A DNA stretch of 30,204 bases from Macrostomum lignano (GCA_002269645.1 NIVC01000320.1:1-30204); one strand, 5' to 3'. Counted from the first letter of the stretch, positions 1 to 10,078 are shown. Notes: generated by a model not told the origin, from the letters alone. Made by a program: numbers and translations.

Positions 1-3000
1 GCCGTGCTGGCCTGCGCCTTGGCGCCCGACGGCAGCTTGGGCTTCACCGCGCGCCAATGATGCGGTGAGTCTGCGAGGTGGGACTATGAGTCAGGGGATA
101 ATGAGTCAGGTGAGAAATGAGTCAAGTGAGATAATGATTCAGGTGAGATAATGAGTCAGGTGAGATAATGAGTCAGGTGAGATAATGAGATAATGAGTCA
201 GTGAGATAATGAGTCAAGTGAGATAATGAGTCAGGTGAGATAATGAGTCAAGTGAGATAATGAGTCAGGTGAGATAATGAGTCAGGTGAGATAATGAGTC
301 AGGTGAGATAATGAGTCAGGTGAGATAATGAGTCAGGTGAGACACCGTCCACCCTCGTCAACCCCGCAGAGCATCCTGGTGTACGATCTGTCAGACAAGT
401 CGCTGGTGCACACCGAGCCGCAGGCGCACGGAGACTGGGTGACCTCCCTGGACTGCTTCCGCGCAACCGACAGCGCCGAGTCGGAGCTCCGCCTGGTCAG
501 CGGGTCCAACGACTTCAGCGTGAAGCTGTGGCGAGTCCAGCCCGACAGCCACAGCCTCAGCCAGCTGCTCCGCCTCACCGGGCACGTCTCCGCTGTCAGC
601 TGCGTCCGGCGCCTGCCGAACTGCCTCGCCAGCTCGTGCTCAGGAGGCGAGCTGAAGCTCTGGACCTACACCGAGGCCTCGGCCGGCGGTAAAGTTCGCG
701 CCGTAGGTGTGGAAGCCACCACCCTGTACGGAGCGGAGCAGCGGAGCAACGCCTGCCTGCTGGCGAGGCCGCCGACTGTGTCAGCGGCCGCCAAGAGCTC
801 AGCTGCCGCAGCCAAAACCTCGGCGGCCGCAGCCAAAACCTCAGCGGCCGCTACGGCCGCTGCCGCTGCATCGTCGAAGTCGAAGAAGTCGAAGAAGAAA
901 TTGCCAGCCTCTCCTTCTTCATCGTCGGAGGAGGAGGACAGTGACGATGGCGGCGCGGGTGAAGGTGTCACTCGATGACATCGACTTCGGTAGAGGCGGC
1001 TGCGGCCGTGGCGGTGGCGGAGGCGACTGGGACGCTCAGGTGGACGAAGACAAGCAGCGGGCGACCATGCGGAAGCGGCAGATCGCCCCCACCGACAGGC
1101 GGCCCGCCGAGGCCGTCGTGGTCTGCGGCGCTTCCGACGACGGAGTCGTGCGGGTGAGAGTGACTGGATGGGGTGGCGGTGTAGGTGATGGGGTGGCGGT
1201 GTGGGTTTTGATGGGGTGGCGTGTGGGTGATGGGGTGGCGGTGTGGGTTTTGATGGGGTGGCGGTGTGGGTGATGGGTGGCGGTGTGGGTGATGGGGTGG
1301 CGGTGTGGGTTTTGATGGGGTGGCGGTGTGGGTGATGGGGTGGCGGTGTGGGTGATGGGGTGGTGGTGTGGGTGATGGGGTGGCGGTGTGGGTAATGGGT
1401 GGCGGTGTGGGTGATGGGGTGGCGGTGTGGGTGATGGGGTGGCGGTGTGGGTGATGGGGTGGCGGTGTGGGCTTGATGGGCTGGCCTCAGAGGTGCCACA
1501 CCCCTTCCCCGCAATCTGCAGGTGCACCAGCCGCTCCTGCCGAACCCGCTCGGGCCGCTGACCGGCCACTCGGCCGGGCCCGTGTCCGGACTGGCCGCCT
1601 GCTCGGGCCGCTTCCTCGCCAGCCTGTCGGCCGCGGACGCCACCGTCAGGACGTGGCGCATCGCCGATCGGCCGCTGCCGGAGCTCGGCCAAGGCGCCGG
1701 GCACGCCGCCCCGGTGACCATCGTCTGCTACCTGCCCGACTGCGGCGCCGTCGCTTCCGGCGGCCTCGACGGCTGCCTACTGCTGTGGGAGGCCCCCGGC
1801 CGGCCGCCTGCTGGCCCGCCTTCGGGTCCACGACAGCGCCGTGTGCGGCCTCGCCTGGCAGCCGGAGGGCCACCTGCTGATCGCCTGCCAGGTGAGTGGA
1901 GATTCGATTTCTCAGATCCCATAGATTTCTCAGATTCCATAGATTTCTCAGATTCCATAGATTTCTCAGATCCCATAGATTTCTCAGATTCCATAGATTT
2001 CTCAGATCCCATAGATTTCTCAGATTCCATAGATTTCTCAGATCCCATAGATTTCCCAGATCCCATAGATTTCCCAGATCCCATAGATTTCTCAGATCCC
2101 ATAGATTTCTCAGATCCCATAGATTTCTCAGATCCCATAGATTTCTCAGATCCCATAGATTTCTCAGATCCCATAGATTTCTCAGATCCCATAGATTTCT
2201 CAGATTCCATAGATTTCTCAGATCCCATAGATTTCTCAGATTCCATAGATTTCTCAGATCCCATAGATTTCCCAGATCCCATAGATTTCCCAGATCCCAT
2301 AGATTTCTCAGATCCCATAGATTTCTCAGATCCCATAGATTTCTCAGATCCCATAGATTTCTCAGATCCCATAGATTTCTCAGATCCCATAGATTTCCCA
2401 GATCCCATAGATTTCTCAGATCCCATAGATTTCTCAGATCCCATAGATTTCTCAGATCCCATAGATTTCTCAGATCCCATAGATTTCTCAGATCCCATAG
2501 ATTTCCCAGATCCCATAGATTTCTCAGATTCCATAGATTTCTCAGATCCCATAGATTTCTCAGATCCCATAGATTTCTCAGATCCCATAGATTTCTCAGA
2601 TCCCATCGATTTCTCAGATCCCATCGATTTCTCAGATCCCACAGATTTCTCATATCCCATAGATTTCTCAGATCCCAAAGGATTTCCCACATCCCAAAGG
2701 ATTTCCCAGATCCCAAAGGATTTCCCACATCCCAAAGGATTTCCCAGATCCCAAAGGATTTCCCACATCCCAAAGGATTTCCCAGATCCCAAAGGAATTC
2801 CCAGATCCCAAAGGATTTCCCAGATCCCAAAGGAATTCCCAGATCCCAAAGGATTTCTTGTCGTACAAGTCACGCCCAAGAGACCCAACCCCCAAGACAC
2901 AGAGACTGTACATGCCTGATGATTAGAAAGTCGGGCCGCTGTTCACCCTGTGTGAGCGCGCGCGGGGCCAGGGTTCAGTGGGATGGGCACAACTGCTTGC

Positions 3001-5854
3001 CTCATCGCTGGCTTAGATCCCAGCTAATCCCACCATCCGCCGACTCCCCGATCCCGCAGGGCCTGCCCGGCTGCCTCCTCCGCCTGGCCACAATCGGCCT
3101 GGCCGCCGAGCTGTCCGCCATCGCTGGCCGGTCCAGTGCGCCATCGGCGTCCGCGGTGCAGCAGCTGGACCTGGCCTCTGCCGTGCCTGACCGCCTGACC
3201 CGCCTGGCCTGCCCGTCGTCGGCCTCCGTCTGCTCGCCTGTCGCCTGCCTGCGCGACACCGTGGCCGGCTTCTGGGCCGGCGGCCTCCTGCTGGTCGGCG
3301 GCGCCGGCGTCGGCAGCCGGGCCATCGAGCTGCCCGCCGGGTCCGCCGACTCCGCTGCGGGGCCGGACGCGTGGCCGGATTTTGTGCAGCCCTGTCCGGC
3401 CGGGCCGGGGGCGCCGCTGGCTCGCGTGCTGCTCCGCCGACTGCGTGACGCCGAGGTCAGCTGCCTGGAGTTCGCCAGGTCGAGCGGCGGCTCGTCGGCC
3501 AGCCTGGTGAGGCGGACCGTCACGTCGCGCAAGCTGGACCTGCCGGTGGGCCAGTCGCGACCGATGCGGGCCGTCTGCCTGACGCAGCAGCCGCTGCGGG
3601 CGCTGCTGACCTACGGCTGCTCCGGCCGCGGCCAGCTGGGCATCGTCAGGCTGGAGGCGGTGGCCAGCGAGCTCAGCTTCGGGCCGCAGCTGGAAGGCTT
3701 CCAGGTGAGGCGCCGCTCTGCCTGTTGGTGGGATTTGCTGAAATGGCGTAAAAGAGACTGAAATGGCATGATGGGGTCTGAAATGGCATGATGGGGTCTG
3801 AAATGGCATGATGGGGTCTGATATGGCATGATGGGGTCTGATATGGCATGATGGGGTCTGATATGGCATGATGGGGTATGAAATGGCGTTATGGGGTCTG
3901 AAATGGCATGATGGGGTCTGAAATGGCATGATGGGGTCTGATATGGCATGATGGGGTCTGATATGGCATGATGGGGTCTGATATGGCATGATGGGGTCTG
4001 AAATGGCATGATGGGGTCTGAAATGGCATGATGGGGTCTGATATGGCATGATGGGGTCTGAAATGGCATGATGGGGTCTGAAATGGCATGATGGGGTCTG
4101 ATATGGCATGATGGGGTCTGAAATGGCATGATGGGGTCTGATATGGCATGATGGGGTCTGATATGGCATGATGGGGTCTGAAATGGTATGATGGGGTATG
4201 AAATGGCATGATGGGGTCTGATATGGCATGATGGGGTCTGATATAGCATGATGGGGTCTGAAATGGCATGATGGGGTCTGAAATGGCATGATTTATTGAT
4301 ACAGCTGTCACTTTCATCTTGGTAACTGGGTACCCGCGGTGGCGCTCCAAATCCTTGCAGTGCCACTCGGCCGAGCTCACCGCCCTGTGCCCGCTGACCG
4401 GCCGAAGACCCCTGACAGCGGAGGCCTCTTCGCCACCGGCTCTGCTGACGGAGAGGTGAAAGTCTGGCGAGCCAAAGTGCGCGGCGACACCTTCGAGCTG
4501 GAGAGGGTGAGCAGCTTGATTGCTCGTGTGGTTGCTAAGGCGGAAGCTAGTTCACTAGAGTGGTGCTAAGGTAGAAGCTAGTTCACTAAAGTGGTTGCTA
4601 AGGTGAAAGCTAGTTCACTAGAGTGGTTACTAAGGCGGAAGCTAGTTCACTAGATTGGTGCTAAGGTAGAAGCTAGTTCACTAAAGTGGTTGCTAAGGTG
4701 AAAGCTAGTTCACTAGAGTGGTTACTAAGGCGGAAGCTAGTTCACTAGAGTGGTTGCTAAGGCGGAAGAAGTTCACTAGAGTGGTTACTAAGGCGGAAGC
4801 TAGTTCACTAGAGTGGTTGCTAAGGCGGAAGCTAGTTCACTAGAGTGGTTGCTAAGGTGAAAGCTAGTTCACTAGAGTGGTTGCTAAGGCGGAAGCAAGT
4901 TCACTAGAGTGGTTGCTAAGGTAGAAGCTAGTTCACTAGAGTGGTTGCTAAGGTAGAAGCTAGTTCACTAGAGTGGTTACTTAGGCGGAAGCTGGTTCAC
5001 TAGAGTGGTTACTAAGGCGGAAGCTAGTTCACTAGAGTGGTTGCTAAGGTAGAAGCTAGTTCACTAAAGTGGTTGCTAAGGTGAAAGCTAGTTCACTAGA
5101 GTGGTTGCTAAGGCGGAAGCTTGTTCACTAGAGTGGTTGCTAAGGCGGAAGCTTGTTTACTAGAGTGGTTGCTAACGTGGACTATAGTTCACTAGAGTGG
5201 TTACTAAGGCGGAAGCTTGTTCACTAGAGTGGTTACTAAGGCGGAAGCTTGTTCACTAGAGTGGTTGCTAAGGTGGACTATAGTTCACTAGAGTGGTTAC
5301 TAAGGCGGAAGGTTGTTCACTAGAGTGGTTACTAAGGCGGAAGCTTGTTCACTAGAGTGGTTACTAAGGCGGAAGCTTGTTCACTAGAGTGGTTACTAAG
5401 GCGGAAGCTTGTTCACTAGAGTGGTTGCTAAGGTGGACTATAGTTCACTAGAGTGGTTACTAAGGCGGAAGCTTGTTCACTAGAGTGGTTACTAAGGCGG
5501 AAGCTTGTTCACTAGAGTGGTTGCTAAGGTGGACTATAGTTCACTAGTGGTTACTAAGGCGGAAGCTAGTTCGCTAGAGTGGTTACTAAGGCGGAAGCTA
5601 GTTCATTAAGGTGGTTACTAAGGCGGAAGCTAGTTCACTAGAGTGGTTGCCAAGGTGGAAACTAGTTCACACCTGGACGCCCCGCACCCCTGTCGCAGGT
5701 GTCAATGTACACCTTGAACTGCGGCGTGGCCGTCATGGAATTCGTGGAAGCGCAGGGCGAGCGCCGGCTGATTGTGGGCGACAGGAACGGCGGAGTGCAG
5801 TTCCTGGAGGTGATGTGCACCCGTGGGGAGCCCATGCCCACCATCGTGAAGTGA
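1..5854 (+). CDS. WD40-repeat protein, 3' six exons (TEP1/NACHT-WD40-like C-terminus); 5' end is outside the window
   Basis: Exons <1-64, 370-1153, 1522-1891, 3060-3704, 4361-4506 and 5699-5854 (TGA 5852-5854). All five introns are GT..AG and phase 0. WD motifs: AHGDWVTSLDC..LVSGSNDFSVKLW, GHVSAVSCV..LASSCSGGELKLW, GHAAPVTIVCY..VASGGLDGCLLLW, VHDSAVCGLAWQP, LFATGSADGEVKVW. A continuous reading needs four 1-nt frame corrections (~50, ~958, ~1795, ~4395). Confidence 0.85.
83..343. repeat. 17-bp minisatellite (TAATGAGTCAGGTGAGA)n in WD40 intron 1
   Basis: Unit read directly; about 15 copies, degenerate at the 5' edge. Confidence 0.95.
1166..1470. repeat. 20-bp G-rich minisatellite (TGGCGGTGTGGGTGATGGGG)n in WD40 intron 2
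   Basis: Period 20 is visible, with a few GGTTTTGATG length variants. Confidence 0.95.
1905..2856. repeat. 18-bp minisatellite (GATTTCTCAGATCCCATA)n, switching to a 19-bp variant (GGATTTCCCAGATCCCAAA) near 2670, in WD40 intron 3
   Basis: Unit read directly; it explains the DFSDPI/RFLRSH repetitive ORFs. Confidence 0.95.
3738..4292. repeat. 20-bp minisatellite (CTGAAATGGCATGATGGGGT)n in WD40 intron 4
   Basis: Period 20 with A/T variants (GAAAT/GATAT). Confidence 0.95.
4528..5670. repeat. 32-bp minisatellite (GTGGTTRCTAAGGCGGAAGCTAGTTCACTAGA)n in WD40 intron 5
   Basis: About 35 copies with recurring variants. Confidence 0.95.
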
Positions 5855-6769
5855 TCATCAGTCTGCTTGGATGTCCTTGATTAGGGCTTTAGAAATCGTG
5901 TTAAGAAAAGTACATTGTTACAGGAGTGCCAGCTACCCTGATGGCCTTCTGCACCCGATAAAGTCTTTAGACTCTTATAAAAACTTTATAATCCATTTTT
6001 CACACCCACTCTACTCGAAATAATATTTACCTTCATAATTTTAGGCCTTCCTTATCTTCTTATTGTTCATTAATCAAGCAGATTCTTATTCAGTATAGAA
6101 TTTTTCCCTGACAATTTTTGCTAATAATGTTATTCATTCTACTTACAGTAGCTTATTGTGGCGCCATAATCATGCAAGATGCACCATTTTTTGTTTTGAG
6201 TTTTTTTCTCTGGCTTTCAGCACTGTGAGCAAGAATAATCTTATTTCTGTGTTCCTTGATTATTCTTTATTTTAATTTTCTATTTATAGTCTTTATCTTG
6301 AACACAAAATCTCAGCACTGGACGCCTTATTTAATAATCTTTTAAAAGTACATTCATTAAAAAAGTAGATCTAAAAGTTAGCGTAATCAGCCATTTGAAA
6401 ACGCTTTAATTCTACATCGGTTTGCAGCCTCCTAGAGTTTCTACCTCATCTTTAGTAGTCCGCGAGAGGAGAGACAATTTGTGTAAATTGCTGCCAAGTG
6501 TTTTACAGCTAATTAAGCTGCTCAGCGGGCGGTCTCGGGCTGCTGGGGAAGGGGGGAGTTGGGGTGGCTGCGGTGACTGACAGGCAGGCGCTGGAGGCAA
6601 TCGATGAGACAGCGGCCGTCAGGTCGATCTGAGGTTTGCCCGGAGAATCCCGTGAGCTGACAAAGTCGGCCTCTCTACGTTCAGGCAAGGAGGCCCAGAG
6701 CCAGAGACTTGGAGTACCGACTCTCACCCCCCCCATTCTCAGACAACTGCAGGCTGACGGCATAACTTT

Positions 6770-7473
6770 GAGTCGGCACTCCAGACTGCGGCTGTGGGTC
6801 TCCTTGGTTCAGGTTTGGCGGGTTGGTCTGGGGAAGAGTCGGCACTCCAGACTGCGGCTGTGGGTCTCCTTGGTTCAGGTTTGGCGGGTTGGTCTGGGGA
6901 AGAGTCTGCACTCCAGACTGCGGCTCTGGGTCTCCTTGGTTCAGGTTTGGCGGGTTGGTCTGGGGAAGAGTCGGCACTCCAGACTGCGGCTCTGGGTCTC
7001 CTTGGTTCAGTTTTGGCGGGTTGGTCTGGGGAAGAGTCGGCACTCCAGACTGCGGCTCTGGGTCTCCTTGGTTCAGGTTTGGCGGGTTGGTCTGGGGAAG
7101 AGTCGGCACTCCAGACTGCGGCTCTGGGTCTCCTTGGTTCAGGTTTGGCGGGTTAGTCTGGGGAAGAGTCGGCACTCCAGACTGCGGCTCTGGGTCTCCT
7201 TGGTTCAGTTTTGGCGGGTTAGTCTGGGGAAGAGTCGGCACTCCAGACTGCGGCTCTGGGTCTCCTTGGTTCAGGTTTGGCGGGTTGGTCTGGGGAAGAG
7301 TCGGCACTCCAGACTGCGGCTCTGGGTCTCCTTGGTTCAGTTTTGGCGGGTTAGTCTGGGGAAGAGTCGGCACTCCAGACTGCGGCTCTGGGTCTCCTTG
7401 GTTCAGTTTTGGCGGGTTAGTCTGGGGAAGAGTCGGCACTCCAGACTGCGGCTCTGGGTCTCCTTGGTTCAGG
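6770..7473. repeat. 66-bp tandem repeat, ~10.7 copies
   Basis: Unit GAGTCGGCACTCCAGACTGCGGCTCTGGGTCTCCTTGGTTCAGGTTTGGCGGGTTGGTCTGGGGAA; gives a 22-aa period in the ORF track. Confidence 0.95.
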
Positions 7474-7814
7474 CTTTTCGTTCCGGTCCCGGTGGACAAA
7501 AGGTTTCATTCCAGAAAATTCTGACCTGCCATGCAGTCAGAATCGGCCCATCTGGAGGAAAATAAAAGAACGAAAAGGAAGGATGATATTTCAGCGCCAG
7601 ACGAATGCCAGATGCCGGGGAGTGAGATGACAATCGGTGCGCTTCAAGAGCACTTTTTGGCCTTGTCAGCCTCGCTTCTCTCAATGCAGCCAACCCTGAG
7701 CTGAATGATGCATGATGGCTGCGTTTTATCAATCAAAATATGAATACGATAAATATCGGTAGTCAAAAACTGCAATTTTGGAAGAAAATACATCTTATAG
7801 ATCTGCCTAGTAAC

Positions 7815-8455
7815 GGTTCTGTAGATCAGTCTGTGGAGTTTATAGTTCTGTAGATTAAGCTATGGAGTGAGGCGGTTCTGTAGTTCAGGCTATGGAGTGA
7901 GGCAGTTCTGTAGATCAGGCTATGGAGTGAGGCGGTTCTGTAGATCAGGCTATGGAGTGAGGAGGTTCTGTAGATCAGGCTATGGAGTGAGGCGGTTCTG
8001 TAGATCAGGCTATGGAGTGAGGCGGTTCTGTAGATCAGGCTATGGAGTGAGGAGGTTCTGTAGATCAGGCTATGGAGTGAGGCGGTTCTGTAGATCAGGC
8101 TATGGAGTGAGGAAGTTCTGTAGATCAGGCTATGGAGTGAGGAGGTTCTGTAGATCAGGCTATGGAGTGAGGCGGTTCTGTAGATCAGGCTATGGAGTGA
8201 GGAGGTTCTGTAGATCAGGCTATGGAGTGAGGCGGTTCTGTAGATCAGGCTATGGAGTGAGGAAGTTCTGTAGATCAGGCTATGGAGTGAGGAGGTTCTG
8301 TAGATCAGGCTATGGAGTGAGGCGTTCTGTAGATCAGGCTATGGAGTGAGGAAGTTCTGTAGATCAGGCTATGGAGTGAGGAGGTTCTGTAGATCAGGCT
8401 ATGGAGTGAGGAGGTTCTGTAGATCAGGCTATGAGTGAGGAGGTTCTGTAGATCA
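7815..8455. repeat. 30-bp minisatellite (GGTTCTGTAGATCAGGCTATGGAGTGAGGC)n
   Basis: Period 30, seen in register every 60-nt line. Confidence 0.95.
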
Positions 8456-8730
8456 TCCCGCGAAGCTCAAAGCTCAATAAGAAAATCTTGCGGACCCCAT
8501 TAAAATTTCAATTCCATAGACGGGCCAACCAACGACTTCCTGCCCTTCCTTCGATTGGTTGGCCTTGCAACCATTGGACGGAACCCAAGAGAGCAGAAGC
8601 GGGAGCGCTTGGGTTGGATACACTGCACTTCTCTAAATAATATATCAGACCGGCTGAGCCGCAGCGGTGCTGAGGTGACGCCACTCTCAGGATGCTCCAT
8701 TCCGGCAGCCGGCCTCGGGCTCTGCCGCAG

Positions 8731-9263
8731 ACTGCGGCCTGCCATCGGCTGTGCAGCTGTCTCTGGGCCTCTTCGGTCAGGCGGCGTCTTTGATCTGCGT
8801 AGCTCGACTCTACACACAGGCCAGCCTGGACTCGGAGGCGCAGCTCAACTCCGGCTTCTACACGGCAGCGGCGGCCGCATCCCTGCTCGGCTTGGCCTTC
8901 AGCGGCATCTACACTGGCGCCGGGGTCACCGCGGTCATCTCCAGGAAGCTGCGGCTGCAGATGGGCCGCGGCACCGTCAGGCGGAAGCGGCGCCAGCGCG
9001 CCACGCTCCGATTGGTGCTGCTGAACGGCATGGCGCTGCCCTGCGCCGCTGTGCAGGCCGGCTCCAGCGTGCCGGCGCTGCTCCACGGCCTCGCCGTGTC
9101 CGGCAACTCGCCGAAAACTTTGGCGCTCATCGGCGTGGGTTTCGCCCTGAACGTGGCCTACTGCGCCGCGGTGGCCACCCTGGCCTGCCGCCAGCTCTGC
9201 GGCGCGTTTCACCAAGTCGACGCCGACGATGGATTTGATGGAGAGAATCGGCGAGCCTGCTGA
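8731..9263 (+). CDS. Terminal exon of an unidentified multi-pass membrane protein (may extend 5' to 8520 through a frameshift)
   Basis: GC-rich open frame with several hydrophobic segments (SLLGLAFSGIYTGAGVTAVI, LVLLNGMALPCAAV, LALIGVGFALNVAYCAAVATL) and a stop at 9261-9263. No in-frame ATG lies upstream (TGA at ~8676). Candidate acceptors: CTCTGCCGCAG at 8730 and TTTCAATTCCATAG at 8519. Confidence 0.5.
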
Positions 9264-9427
9264 GGGCGACGGCGACGCTCGACCGCTTGTTGCAACATCG
9301 TCGTTCAAGGCGGACCAAGACGGGGCCACTCGAGTCGAATAGAAAAAAGTCAAGGTTCTAACAGAAACAGTTCACATGGTTTTTGCCTTGTGTCCACAAG
9401 AGGATGCGTTTTGCCAAGCTAGCATTA

Positions 9428-10078
9428 CACCTTTTTGCGTTCTATTTCGATAAAACTGCATTCAATTTCGGCAAACTGGCTTTCATTTTCTGCATCAGCT
9501 ACGGCCGCACATCCAAACTGCATTCGAATTCGACAAACCGAGAAACGATTTCGGCATCGTATATCGAAGTATATTCAACTTCGACAGCAGCGCCTCAGAC
9601 ACAGACTGTCTATGGAAATAAGCGCATCTAAACCCAAACTGATTTTCAATTTCGGCAAACTGCACTCAATTTCGACAGCGCCAATTGATCTAAGAAGGGA
9701 ATAAAAACAGAGGAGATGGATTTCTTTAATTCCGAACAAGTACTGCATTTGGAGTACAGTTAAGGTGTAATTGAACAAAAACCTGTGCAAAAACCTGTGC
9801 ACTTATCAGCAAGCAATAGCGCGCGAAGAAACAAAGTGCATAGCCAGAAACAATTGCACAGTATGTACATAGTATTCGTGCACAAGTGATACGCATTCCT
9901 CTTTGTATTTATTCCCTTTTAGATTGCGCTGATGGAATCGAGTGCAGTTTGCCGAAATCGTTTCTCGGTTTGTCGAATTCGAATGCAGTTTGAATGTGCG
10001 ACCGTAGCTGATGCAGAAAATGAAAGCCAGTTTGCCGAAATTGAATGCAGCTTTATCGAAATAGAACGCAAAAAGGTG
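9428..10078. mobile_element. MITE / non-autonomous DNA transposon with 129-bp TIRs and TA flanks (Tc1/mariner-type TSD)
   Basis: 9428-9556 is the reverse complement of 9950-10078 with 3 mismatches. TA flanks both ends (9426-27, 10079-80). Weaker inverted similarity continues inward (~9645-9712 vs ~9897-9950). No transposase ORF. Confidence 0.85.

Noticed and set aside
45-1800. Programmed +1 ribosomal frameshifting in the WD40 gene
   Set aside because: The sites share no slippery-plus-stop signature and a fourth shift is -1; sequencing indels are more parsimonious.
1522-4380. Long repetitive ORFs (DFSDPI, RFLRSH, LWDLRN, PYQTPSCH etc.)
   Set aside because: They are translations of intronic minisatellites bounded by GT/AG sites whose removal restores WD40 continuity.
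7531-7704. 57-codon ORF MQSESAHLEE.. as first exon of the 8.7-kb membrane gene (possible phase-1 donor A|GTGAGA near 7621)
   Set aside because: The phase fits, but there is no homology or other support, so it was not called.
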